Below are positions 37,911 to 47,435 of a stretch of 64,000 nucleotides of DNA, one piece after another; positions within the stretch are counted from its first letter, which is position 1, and every line of letters starts with the position of its first letter. The DNA lies in IMG/VR virus record IMGVR_UViG_3300028115_001312, positions 1-64,000 of that record; one strand, given 5' to 3'. The notes under the pieces were generated by a model. The model saw only the letters and a program-made list of their open reading frames with translations, was not told the origin of the DNA and did not search any database. A program made the position numbers and the translations under genes. Source of the stretch: an uncultured virus (IMG/VR IMGVR_UViG_3300028115_001312) (lineage: Duplodnaviria; Heunggongvirae; Uroviricota; Caudoviricetes).

Positions 37911-38414
37911 ATGCTCAAAAAGGCAAGTATAATAGTTGCTATGAGTTTATTCACATTATCAGCACAAGCTGTTGATGTACCAATAAGTGGAACTGTGCAA
38001 TCACGTTGTGTAATAACAACTGATACACCAGGTACATATGGAAACCCAAATGCTTATACACTAACAACAGCTGCCGCCGACGGTGGTGTACAGCCTATTG
38101 TAAGATATGATGTAACATTGGCTGATGCTTATTATGCACAAATTACTACACCAACTTCATTTAGTACTAGCCCGTCACTTAATGATACAGTATCATGGAC
38201 AGGCTCTACAGAAGTTAGTAGCGTAAGTGATGCAACAGGCATGGCAGGTTATGAAAGTGCAAAGACAGTATCTGGACAAACTACACAGTTTGATCTAACC
38301 GCAACTGGTTCTACATGGTTTAAGTCTACTTCGGTTGCTACAAATGGTGGAAACAAAGCATTTCCAGGTGGTAACTATTCAGCAACAATTGAAGCGGTGT
38401 GTGTAGCAAAGTAA
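37911..38414 (+). CDS. Exported fimbrial-subunit-like (pilin-like) protein
   Basis: AGGAG SD; signal AQA|V; ISGTVQSRC near N-terminus; Thr/Ser/Gly-rich beta strands; C-terminal G.Y.A strand. Confidence 0.6.
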   Translation: MLKKASIIVAMSLFTLSAQAVDVPISGTVQSRCVITTDTPGTYGNPNAYTLTTAAADGGVQPIVRYDVTLADAYYAQITTPTSFSTSPSLNDTVSWTGSTEVSSVSDATGMAGYESAKTVSGQTTQFDLTATGSTWFKSTSVATNGGNKAFPGGNYSATIEAVCVAK

Positions 38415-38798
38415 ATGTATAAATATTTTATAACATTATGGTTGATTCTGTTTTCTCATGGTGCTTTTAGTCATGAGATGACTCCAACTTATCCTAAATG
38501 GAGTTATGCATATATGGATGATTTAATTGTCACCCGTATGCAAATTTTCAATAAAAGGAATGATGTTGAATATTATGAGATAGGAGTGTTCGATAAAGAC
38601 TGGAGACCTATTCCATTTGTATCTCAATATACAATATTGAATATAAAATATTTGGAACGTGCAGAAGTAGATGTTTATATTAGAGAAGTTGACAAATACA
38701 ATGCTGAATACGTATGTAGTAGGTCAAAGATGAGGAATGAGGATTTAAAATCTTCAAGTATATCATCTAAAATATGTTCTAGATTCAAGCATGAATAG
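38415..38798 (+). CDS. Exported protein resembling a single-domain pilus chaperone
   Basis: Signal AFS|H; MTP..., IFNKR...YEIGVFD..W..IPF Ig-like pattern; Cys pair. Confidence 0.5.
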   Translation: MYKYFITLWLILFSHGAFSHEMTPTYPKWSYAYMDDLIVTRMQIFNKRNDVEYYEIGVFDKDWRPIPFVSQYTILNIKYLERAEVDVYIREVDKYNAEYVCSRSKMRNEDLKSSSISSKICSRFKHE

Positions 38799-38800
38799 GT

Positions 38801-39232
38801 ATGAAAAAATTTGTATTTACAACACTAACACTTACAGTTTTATCTAGCACAGCATTCGCCAATAGCAGTTCATTAAATCTTCAATTACCAAACGCATCGG
38901 GTAATTATTCTAGCGATAAATTTAAAGCAGGCGATTTAGATTGCCAAAATGCTATTGGTGGTAGTACCAATTTGGAATTTGGTGTGACTGGTATAATAGA
39001 CAACTATCAAAGTCCTTTTGACGACAATACAACTATAGGCAACAGTACTAAGGATGTTGGAGTATATGCAAGAATCACAATACCGCTTGACGGTCCTAAA
39101 GAACGTATTAACTGTAACACACTCTATCAATTAGAATTAAAGAAGAAAAGATTGGAAGTTTTAAAATTAGAGCAAGAACTTAAAAAGTTAAGAGAATTAC
39201 AAAGCCAATCTAAACAAGGTTTGGAGAAATAA
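38801..39232 (+). CDS. Exported protein with amphipathic beta hairpin and C-terminal coiled coil
   Basis: Signal AFA|N; NLEFGVTG and VGVYARITIPL strands; Cys pair; LELKKKRLEVLKLEQEL. Confidence 0.72.
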   Translation: MKKFVFTTLTLTVLSSTAFANSSSLNLQLPNASGNYSSDKFKAGDLDCQNAIGGSTNLEFGVTGIIDNYQSPFDDNTTIGNSTKDVGVYARITIPLDGPKERINCNTLYQLELKKKRLEVLKLEQELKKLRELQSQSKQGLEK

Positions 39233-39233
39233 C

Positions 39234-39767
39234 ATGGCAAAAGATTTAGGTGAAGAAATTGAAAACATGGAAGAAGGTATAGAGAACTTAAAGAATAAAC
39301 AGTTCCGTATCCTTGGCTTCAAAGTTAGTTTTATGTCAATATCTGCTCTTATTGCAGTTATTGGTAGTGTACTTGGTGCATTGTATGGTGGCTTTTTAAT
39401 GTATCAAAAAGTAGAACAGGCTATAGAATTTGTAGAACAACAAGAAGAATACGAAGCAAAAATCAATGCATATGACAAACGTATGCAAATCATGGAATCC
39501 AAAATGGAAGACACTGTAGAATATACACGTGACATCAAAGGCGGGTTGCGTGATGATATACTACGTATTGAACAACAAGCAGACAGAACAGAAGACATGG
39601 TTCGTAAAAGTGTGGACGATGTCCGTAACATGATAACTGATGCCGAAAGTAGATTTGAAACTAAAAGAGATAGTTTGAGAGAAACAGTGAATCGTGATAC
39701 TAAAGAACTAGAAGATAGACTTATGCGTAAAATACAACGGGCATTAGACAATCCGTTAGCAAATTAA
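39234..39767 (+). CDS. Membrane-anchored coiled-coil protein
   Basis: GGAG SD; one TM helix then long coiled coil ending ALDNPLAN. Confidence 0.72.
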   Translation: MAKDLGEEIENMEEGIENLKNKQFRILGFKVSFMSISALIAVIGSVLGALYGGFLMYQKVEQAIEFVEQQEEYEAKINAYDKRMQIMESKMEDTVEYTRDIKGGLRDDILRIEQQADRTEDMVRKSVDDVRNMITDAESRFETKRDSLRETVNRDTKELEDRLMRKIQRALDNPLAN

Positions 39768-41137
39768 TAAGTTCCACTATAATTGGCTAAAAAATGTGTA
39801 AGATCTTCAGGTGTACCTAATCCCCACATTCCTTCTGGATTAATATGCTTAATCCTTACTTTACCTCCACCTTGTATAAATTCATTAAACACAGGACATA
39901 CATAAAATTCGTTATTAGTTCTAATGTTCTTATCAATCATCTGAAGTGCAGAACTAACGTAATCACAACCACGTGCCCAATAATAGATACCAACAGTGGC
40001 GTTAATCGAAATAGGTTGTTTTTCAGCAACTTGGGTAACCCATCCATTTTGGTCTGTACGTGCATAACTCCATTTTGGATGTGTGCTTTCAAACGTGAGG
40101 ATGCCACCTCCCACGCCCTCTGTTGAAAATGCATAAAGGACTTCGTTTGAGTTCCATTCGACGAATTGGTCCGAGTTCGCGATGATGAGCGGGTCTTCAT
40201 TGTCTATATACTCCTTTGCTAAAAGCGTTGTACAGGCAGCGCCTTCAGTTACACCTTCAACTTGTACAATGGTACAATCAGGTTTTACTAGATTTAAAAC
40301 TGTTTCTAAATTATACTTTTCGTAATGTTCTTTTTGCACTATAAAAATGTAGTTTGCTTCAATATTTAAATTGTCTACTACAACTTGTATCATAGGCTTA
40401 TTACCTACTTCTATAAGAGGTTTAGGAAATGTGTATCCTTGTTCAGCAAATCTACTTCCTGCACCTGCCATTGGTATTAGTACATTCATTTTTTTACTCT
40501 TCCATGGTATATTACGTTTAGGTTCTTCATATTCTTCTATAGCATCTAGCACTTTGCTCAAGTAAATATCTTTAGTATCCTCTACTGCTAGTAAATTTGC
40601 ACCACTATCTAATACTGCTTGTCTACCTATATGACTGTCTTCTATTATAAGTGTTTCGCTAGGCTTACAGTTTGCAGTAAGCATACATTTAAAATACATT
40701 TCAAAGTGTGGTTTAGGTTTTTCAACATCTTCATTACTATACCAAAAATCAAAATATTCTATAAGGTTTAATTTAAGCAAACTCATTTTTACTGTGTCGC
40801 GAACTGCATTGCTTGCACAGGCTAGTGTATAACCTCTGTCTTTCAACTCGCGACACATGTCCGTAAAATCGTCTCGAGGTTCAACAGTCTCTTTTAGTAT
40901 ATCAACTGTTGCCTTTTGTTTGGCCCTGGCGATTGACGCATGACGATCCGTGGGCAAGCCTTTACGTTCTGATAGCATATTTAATTTGGACCTGGTAGGC
41001 AAACCATCATAGTTTGCTAAATGTTCTTCTATACTAATGGCATACTCATCACCCAAAGCACGGTTAAGAGCTTCGTAATGAATCTGCTTGCTATCTATAA
41101 GGACACCATCTAAGTCAAATATGACTAATTTAATCAT
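39764..41137 (-). CDS. HAD phosphatase fused to nucleotidyltransferase (NTP transferase)
   Basis: FDLDGVL, KPKP, IEDS..G; then IPMAGAGSRF, PKPLIEV, GAACT, NSDQ, EK, NEFYV, LGTPEDL. Confidence 0.88.
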   Translation of the reverse strand: MIKLVIFDLDGVLIDSKQIHYEALNRALGDEYAISIEEHLANYDGLPTRSKLNMLSERKGLPTDRHASIARAKQKATVDILKETVEPRDDFTDMCRELKDRGYTLACASNAVRDTVKMSLLKLNLIEYFDFWYSNEDVEKPKPHFEMYFKCMLTANCKPSETLIIEDSHIGRQAVLDSGANLLAVEDTKDIYLSKVLDAIEEYEEPKRNIPWKSKKMNVLIPMAGAGSRFAEQGYTFPKPLIEVGNKPMIQVVVDNLNIEANYIFIVQKEHYEKYNLETVLNLVKPDCTIVQVEGVTEGAACTTLLAKEYIDNEDPLIIANSDQFVEWNSNEVLYAFSTEGVGGGILTFESTHPKWSYARTDQNGWVTQVAEKQPISINATVGIYYWARGCDYVSSALQMIDKNIRTNNEFYVCPVFNEFIQGGGKVRIKHINPEGMWGLGTPEDLTHFLANYSGTY

Positions 41138-41562
41138 TTATATTGTCCGATATAATCACTACATACACCTGCATATTCACTTACATCTAAATGTGTTGCT
41201 GGCATGACTGCAATACAATTATGACCTGCGTTAGGTTTACCAGGATAAGCCCAGGTCCAGCCTTGACTTGTAATTGTGTAATCATCATCCTGATGCCAAA
41301 ACCAATGTATACCCCAACCATTTAAATTATCAATTGCTAACTTATTTTTACAATGCACAACTATTTTAGGATGATTTAAAAAACGACTATCTGTTTTATA
41401 TTGTGGAGCATCATGCCCTAACCAAAGTTCTCCGTTTACTTTTCCCCATATATCTACTTCACAATAATAGCCAGATTTAATTGCTTCAATTATGTACCCT
41501 TGATTATTTTCCCTTTCAGGATCTCTTCCCTCAATGTTCCCTCTATGACTGATTAAGTACAT
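41134..41562 (-). CDS. GDPD/PLC-like phosphodiesterase-fold protein
   Basis: ISHRG, EN, EVDIW, LGHD, HCKN, GVCSD. Confidence 0.7.
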   Translation of the reverse strand: MYLISHRGNIEGRDPERENNQGYIIEAIKSGYYCEVDIWGKVNGELWLGHDAPQYKTDSRFLNHPKIVVHCKNKLAIDNLNGWGIHWFWHQDDDYTITSQGWTWAYPGKPNAGHNCIAVMPATHLDVSEYAGVCSDYIGQYK

Positions 41563-42166
41563 CTATCAATTCTCCTAATTCTTGAAATTGTAAATTTGGG
41601 AATACCTCATTACTCCAACCCATAGGTTTTTGCCAATTACCTATATTTGGCTGGCAAAATACAAACTGTGTAGTAGTATATTTTTGAAAAAACATTACAA
41701 ACTGTTTTATCCAAAAACTAGGATCTACTGCAGGAGCAATTACATCTGCATAGTTTTCTGTGCCTTTATATAGATTATTATGTTTAGATCCACTACTCCA
41801 AAAGTCATGTCCTATGACAATAATAATATTAGGTTTGTGTTGTAGTGCAACATTTACTGCATGTAATCCACTGCCCATATGGAAACTTTGTGTATGCTTT
41901 TCTTTTTCTTCCCAGGGCAGTTCTGGTAGTTGTCTAAAGTTATCATAAGGAAAGAAACTGTACCAATCTTTGCGTGTATAGACTAAACCTTTATAACCTT
42001 TGCTTACTGTTTCCATAGCCATACGTCTATCACAACATATTAAATGATCTACTTCTGTATCTCTAAAAACTGCATTGGCTCCGTATAGCTCTCCATATTG
42101 TTTTAACTTTGCTAAATTAAAACCTGCACGACTTTCACCATTACCTATACAGAAAACAATTTTCAT
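41543..42166 (-). CDS. Hypothetical protein with GNGES motif (glycosyltransferase/MptE-like fold possible)
   Basis: IGNGESR, YGANA, SG..A, IGHDF. Confidence 0.6.
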   Translation of the reverse strand: MKIVFCIGNGESRAGFNLAKLKQYGELYGANAVFRDTEVDHLICCDRRMAMETVSKGYKGLVYTRKDWYSFFPYDNFRQLPELPWEEKEKHTQSFHMGSGLHAVNVALQHKPNIIIVIGHDFWSSGSKHNNLYKGTENYADVIAPAVDPSFWIKQFVMFFQKYTTTQFVFCQPNIGNWQKPMGWSNEVFPNLQFQELGELIDVLNQS

Positions 42167-43281
42167 TATTCTATTTTACCAAATCCAGCCCAACGTATTC
42201 CATCCAAACAAACCCATCCAATGTATTTGCCTACTTGAGGATTAGTATTGAAAACTATATCACCCTGTTTACTTGCATGATTAGGAAAATCACGGCTACT
42301 AGATATAATTTTACCCTGTAGTTGTAGTTTATCTATAATTACTGTTCCTTCACTATTAACAGTAATACCAACTTTATTATTAGCACCTATGTTTATACTC
42401 TGTCTGCGGCGTGTTCCTATATATCCTTCTTGTTTTTTGTGTTTTCCTATTACTACTTCTGCTTCTTGATCCCATACAGTAAGTGCATCACTAGGCTCTA
42501 GTGTATTAATACCCACACGATTATTACCCGGAGTTGTATATAGTACATCACTAAGCAATGCTTCGCCACTAACTTCTAGTTGTTTTAAATGCCCGCCACG
42601 CTCTTCATTTACTTTGATACGTGCTTCCATTTCTGCAACTTTAAAACTCCAGTCTTTAGGAGCAACAGGTTTAGGGATACTTTCTATGAAATCTTTTTTA
42701 AGAGCTGAAACCCAGGGTTGAGTTTTGTCTATGTCTTTAGTAACTAAATTGTCTGTAACAATAGAATTTGTATTGATTTGGTTTGTAATAATTTTGTTCT
42801 CAATAACAACTGCATCATTCATAATGGTAAGTTGTACATTGTCTGCAATGTCTTCTATACCTGCAGTATTACCAAAATCCTCAATGTTTTCTCTTTTAAT
42901 TTTTAACTTCCGTGTATCAATTAACTTTGGATCTATGCTACGTTCTGGAAATTGTATGTCTCTTAGTTTTTGATTAACAACATCACTCATAACTGCATCA
43001 ATTCTATCAGTTATTACTTGAATAACTCTAGGCATGTTTTGTTGTATTAATACATTGCCATTTTCTTCTAACTTTTTTAGTGCAGGGCCTGTAATATTAA
43101 TCTGGTTTACATGTTGTCTTAGTGTGCTATTAATGTAATCTTGAAAAGAGCCGCTATCTAACCGTTCCTGTACTGTATGGTTTACTTCGGCACTTATATC
43201 AATGTTTTCTAATGCTTCGTCAATAAGACGTTTGACTTGTGTATTGAACTCCTGCTCAAACACCTGTTGCAACTTGTCCAT
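42166..43281 (-). CDS. Hypothetical protein, possibly virion-associated
   Basis: Helical N-terminal half; RVGINTLEP, GDIVFNTNP, GWVC motifs as seen in tail-type proteins. Confidence 0.65.
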   Translation of the reverse strand: MDKLQQVFEQEFNTQVKRLIDEALENIDISAEVNHTVQERLDSGSFQDYINSTLRQHVNQINITGPALKKLEENGNVLIQQNMPRVIQVITDRIDAVMSDVVNQKLRDIQFPERSIDPKLIDTRKLKIKRENIEDFGNTAGIEDIADNVQLTIMNDAVVIENKIITNQINTNSIVTDNLVTKDIDKTQPWVSALKKDFIESIPKPVAPKDWSFKVAEMEARIKVNEERGGHLKQLEVSGEALLSDVLYTTPGNNRVGINTLEPSDALTVWDQEAEVVIGKHKKQEGYIGTRRRQSINIGANNKVGITVNSEGTVIIDKLQLQGKIISSSRDFPNHASKQGDIVFNTNPQVGKYIGWVCLDGIRWAGFGKIE

Positions 43282-43316
43282 TGTTGCTCCTTGAATTATA
43301 TACTACTATATTTATT

Positions 43317-44048
43317 TTAGAATTTTATGGTAACTATGTATTCGAATGTTTTACTAAATGCAGGTTTATACATAATCTTTTTGTCTACAGTATAACTTTT
43401 ACTGCCTAGATCACTGCTAAATTTTGCAAGTTGTTTAAAATACATTGTACGTCTATTTCTAGGCTCACAAATTATCAACTCGTCATTATGTATAATATAG
43501 TTTTCTTGTATCCATGCTTGTCTATCAACTTGATCCCATTCACGTTTTCTTATAACTATTGCACTTCCTTGACTGGTCCTTAGTGTAAAGGGTTCCTCAA
43601 AGTAACGTTGATTGGCGTACATATTTTTGTAATCTTTGATTGTAGTAACAAACGCTTTATCTGAAATTTTACTTATTATACTTAACATTTGTTTTTGTTC
43701 AGTCTCGGTGTGAGCATATGTAAGTAATTCATCAGGTGCTATTACATAATCAAACTTTATTCCTTGTGCAACAAAGTCTGCTATTTCTCCGTCATAGTGT
43801 TTGCATTCACACTCAACATCACCATAGTTTTTTATACCATCTATCACAGTGACGTCACCACCCATTTTGTATAATCCCCAAGGAATTATATTAGGACCAA
43901 TTACGAGAAATCTATTTTGAGAAACATCTATTTCTGGAAAATTAGATAACATACTTTTTGTTTTTATTTCTGCAATATTATTGAAGTTCTTACCTATTTC
44001 TGTTATACTAGCAAGATAAGAATTACAGGACTTAATTTTCTTTGACAT
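43317..44048 (-). CDS. Hypothetical protein (degenerate methyltransferase-like fold possible)
   Basis: LVIG, FDYVIA elements; GAGGAG SD. Confidence 0.6.
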   Translation of the reverse strand: MSKKIKSCNSYLASITEIGKNFNNIAEIKTKSMLSNFPEIDVSQNRFLVIGPNIIPWGLYKMGGDVTVIDGIKNYGDVECECKHYDGEIADFVAQGIKFDYVIAPDELLTYAHTETEQKQMLSIISKISDKAFVTTIKDYKNMYANQRYFEEPFTLRTSQGSAIVIRKREWDQVDRQAWIQENYIIHNDELIICEPRNRRTMYFKQLAKFSSDLGSKSYTVDKKIMYKPAFSKTFEYIVTIKF

Positions 44049-44118
44049 GTCTCTCCTCTGGGGTACTGTATTTATTTTCTCAAAACGAGAATTATACTAG
44101 TATAAATATACGCATATA

Positions 44119-45246
44119 ATGGAACCTTATACACTAATCAATCACATTACAGAAGATATAATTAGCAATCAGTTTAAAGATGATTATTGCTTAATGTATT
44201 TTCCTGACAATATAAGATACAATCATAATTTACAAGAGCATTGGAAGTTTTTGCATGACAAGCATCTAGAAGCGTTACCTCTTCCAAGATGGCATAAAAC
44301 TCCAGATATATTTGAGAAAGGTTCAAAAAAATATTTTTTCCATAACGAAAAATGGATATATGGATTACATAATCCAGATAAATTACGAAAATACACAAAC
44401 TATAACTTTTACCAACACAGTTGGGAACCAATAGATGTTAATCTCGATAAGTTTTTTTGGGATTTTTTACAAGCATTCAATGATAATAGACACACAATTG
44501 TTTTACATAGTGAACTTAATAGTAAGGACATAGCTAAACTAGCAGGAAGAAACATCAAAAACGTACACTGGTTTGCACATGCATACATCTGTAGTGAATT
44601 TTATTTTAAACATTATAAAAAATTAAAAATGTTTACACACTACAAATCAAGACCTATAAAATATAGATGGTTAAGTGCAAACAGACTTTTACGTCAACAT
44701 AGAACAGATTTGTTAGAGTTGTTAGATTTGAAACGAGGATGTTATAGTTTAGCAAATCCAGATCCTAATGGATTGATATATACTGGTCCTGTACAAGCAC
44801 ATAGTTTTGATACTCATGAAAATCAAAGTGCCGAGATAAGTATTGACGATTTAAATCCTTGGAATACAAGTTTTTTACATGTTGTAAATGAAACAGTATG
44901 GCAAGATAAAATACATTTTACAGAAAAAATATTTAAACCTGTAGTAATGCATCAACCATTTGTAGTAGTTCAAGCACCAGGCAGTTTGAAATATTTACAA
45001 AGTTATGGTTTTAAAACATTTGGTGATTGGTGGGACGAAAGTTATGATGGTATAGAAGACCCTACACAACGTTTACAGGCTATTGCAAAAATTATAAATG
45101 ATATTGGCGGTAAAGATATAAGTGAGTTAGAAAAATTACGTATGGAAATGGCGGGAGTTCTCGAACATAACTTTCATCATTTTTACGAAAACATACCCGC
45201 CATTGTCCTAGGGGAATTAGAAAATAATATTAGGCTTTTAAGTTAA
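44119..45246 (+). CDS. Hypothetical glycosyltransferase-like protein
   Basis: NR..R.HR, VVNET, FTEKIFKP, GFKTF..WWDESYD; TATAAATA at 44101-44108. Confidence 0.55.
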   Translation: MEPYTLINHITEDIISNQFKDDYCLMYFPDNIRYNHNLQEHWKFLHDKHLEALPLPRWHKTPDIFEKGSKKYFFHNEKWIYGLHNPDKLRKYTNYNFYQHSWEPIDVNLDKFFWDFLQAFNDNRHTIVLHSELNSKDIAKLAGRNIKNVHWFAHAYICSEFYFKHYKKLKMFTHYKSRPIKYRWLSANRLLRQHRTDLLELLDLKRGCYSLANPDPNGLIYTGPVQAHSFDTHENQSAEISIDDLNPWNTSFLHVVNETVWQDKIHFTEKIFKPVVMHQPFVVVQAPGSLKYLQSYGFKTFGDWWDESYDGIEDPTQRLQAIAKIINDIGGKDISELEKLRMEMAGVLEHNFHHFYENIPAIVLGELENNIRLLS

Positions 45247-45478
45247 GTTTTTCTCTTTCTTTAGCATATTGTGCTTCTCTTTGTTCACTTTCAACTTGAC
45301 TAACACTCATTGACCAGGTAAACCAAATAAAAACTAAACCAAGCATTCCTATTAGTCCATAATATGGATCTCCAAAGTACATAGATGTTAGTTTTATAAC
45401 ACCTAAAAACAATGCACCACCTATTAATGCGCCTAACATGTAACTTGAAAATTTCTTTAAAACTGCTATATTTTTCAT
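45230..45478 (-). CDS. Small two-TM protein
   Basis: AAGGA SD; promoter TTGACA-N17-TATTAT at 45530-45558. Confidence 0.65.
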   Translation of the reverse strand: MKNIAVLKKFSSYMLGALIGGALFLGVIKLTSMYFGDPYYGLIGMLGLVFIWFTWSMSVSQVESEQREAQYAKEREKLNLKA

Positions 45479-45572
45479 ATTTTTGGTCCTTATACTATAT
45501 GTTGTTATTTATTTTTTTATTATGTTTATATAATACTATATGTTGTATGTTCTGTCAACCCTTTTATAAAAA

Positions 45573-45956
45573 TTAATTTATATTACTTTTGTGTGCTAGT
45601 ACTTCCTCAAATGTATATTTACATTGCATAGAAACACCATATTTTGTAGGTTCCATATTCTCAACCATATCAGGAGTAATACCATAAAACTCTGTCCAAT
45701 CCTTTATATCGATTTGGTCACCTTTTGCAATTTTTAACATCATTACTTGCTTAGGTGTTAAACACATTATATCGTTTAAACTTAAATCGTTGAACACTAC
45801 CGCATAACAACGTCTACCTTTTGGATCTTTATATTTGCTATCAAAGTGGACATATCTATTACCATCAAAATGAACTTTTGTAGTAACTTTATAATTTACT
45901 GAAGACATATACACCCTCCCATTTTTCTCTTCCTTCTTTACGATCATTGCCCACAC
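45573..45956 (-). CDS. Hypothetical protein (true start probably internal MSSVNY)
   Basis: GGAGGG SD precedes the internal ATG. Confidence 0.55.
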   Translation of the reverse strand: MWAMIVKKEEKNGRVYMSSVNYKVTTKVHFDGNRYVHFDSKYKDPKGRRCYAVVFNDLSLNDIMCLTPKQVMMLKIAKGDQIDIKDWTEFYGITPDMVENMEPTKYGVSMQCKYTFEEVLAHKSNIN

Positions 45957-47016
45957 CAGGTCTTGTAGTAAGCATCATCTTAATTGTTTGTATGTGTTTG
46001 AATCCTAGTTTTTCTGCAGTGTTGATCCATCTTTGTGTAACCTCGTAGGGTTCTTTTCTGTCGTAACTTTTGTAGTCAGCGATGTTAGTTGCGAAAAGTC
46101 CTTCTCTATTGAGTCCTCTATGTATGTGTTCCATGGTCGGTACAACGTATCCGTCAAACCATTCATCTTCTGTTTTAAATTGTACCATACACTGTGTCTC
46201 TTCATCTGAATATTTCTCCAAGTTAAAATAAGGAGGACTACTAAATGCTAAATCTATGTCCTCAGGTTGATATTCTTCGCTTACACTTTGTACGATAGTA
46301 CCTCTTACACCTGTTGCTTCATCGACGATATCATTTAAATAATTAAGATATTTTACAGTTTCAGTATTAGGTTCTACGCCTATATAATCATATTTGAAAT
46401 TACTTGAACCTATACCTAACAATCTTCCACCATAGCCACAACTGTAATCATACACTCTGCCCCAAAGCACAGGACACAAGTGTTCCGCTATTGCTTTAGC
46501 ATTCTGTGCTTTAAAATTGGTAACATTTTCACCAGTCACTAGTTCAAGTGCAGTTCTTAATTGTGTAGGTCTTAATAACTTATCACCAGTTCTAAATTCA
46601 AAACAAATACGAATTGCACGTTTTAGTTTAGCATCGTTCCAAAACCTATCACGTAAACTGTTACTACCTCTACCTTTAGGCTCTGCAGTCATCATATTAG
46701 GAAATAAGAACCTGTTTATAGTTTGTCCTCGATTATTTCCTAATCCTATTACACTATTGTTCACACCATTGTAAGACTGTTGTGAAAATGTTTTTACTGC
46801 TTGTACTAGCCCTGCTTGAGTATAATATACAATAGGTACTAAACCTATACTTCTATACAGTTCGAAAACTTCATCTATTACTGCTTGTGGATCTTTATCG
46901 TACTGCTCTTTTGTGTAACTGTCAAGTTTATTATAGATACTTTCATATCCAGTAAACTGATCTGCTACAACGTATTGATCTTTTATATTCCAAATTTTAT
47001 ATAAGTGATCTATCAA
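45889..47016 (-). CDS. DNA amino-methyltransferase (N4C/N6A type)
   Basis: DYSCGYGGR SAM-binding motif and FSSPPYF catalytic motif. Confidence 0.85.
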   Translation of the reverse strand: MIDHLYKIWNIKDQYVVADQFTGYESIYNKLDSYTKEQYDKDPQAVIDEVFELYRSIGLVPIVYYTQAGLVQAVKTFSQQSYNGVNNSVIGLGNNRGQTINRFLFPNMMTAEPKGRGSNSLRDRFWNDAKLKRAIRICFEFRTGDKLLRPTQLRTALELVTGENVTNFKAQNAKAIAEHLCPVLWGRVYDYSCGYGGRLLGIGSSNFKYDYIGVEPNTETVKYLNYLNDIVDEATGVRGTIVQSVSEEYQPEDIDLAFSSPPYFNLEKYSDEETQCMVQFKTEDEWFDGYVVPTMEHIHRGLNREGLFATNIADYKSYDRKEPYEVTQRWINTAEKLGFKHIQTIKMMLTTRPGVGNDRKEGREKWEGVYVFSKL

Positions 47017-47384
47017 CCTCGACGCATCCTCGCAATTTCTTTTGCATCATTACTGTCTTTACGTACAGGAACCATATTGCTCTTATGTAGCATGCCAATA
47101 CCTGCAAGTTGATCACCAGTATACTGTTGTTCAGGTTTCTTAGCAGTACTGCCCACAACGTTATTACTACATTGTGCAGTACCTTGATGTTCTCTATAGT
47201 TGGGAATTTTATTGCCAGCATTAGTATTTGCTTTTGTTCTCTGGCTAGGATGGGCACCCATCTTTTTAAGCCACTTGTCATGCTCTGAACGAGATTGTAA
47301 TTCTCGTTCACCGGGTGTACGTTTATTCTTTTTACGATTATATTTTGTAGTGGTCATCCAAGGACCAAGTAAATGCATACTCAT
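47013..47384 (-). CDS. Basic hypothetical phage protein
   Basis: AAGGAG SD; YTGD.L.GIG.LHKSNMVPV; promoter TTGACA-N16-TATACT at 47408-47435. Confidence 0.7.
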   Translation of the reverse strand: MSMHLLGPWMTTTKYNRKKNKRTPGERELQSRSEHDKWLKKMGAHPSQRTKANTNAGNKIPNYREHQGTAQCSNNVVGSTAKKPEQQYTGDQLAGIGMLHKSNMVPVRKDSNDAKEIARMRRG

Positions 47385-47435
47385 GTCAACTCCTTAACTA
47401 TATAAAGAGTATATACTAATTTATAGATTTGTCAA

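Noticed and set aside
45492..45546. 14-bp direct repeat ATACTATATGTTGT
   Set aside because: Low-complexity AT-rich promoter region; could be an operator but support is too weak.
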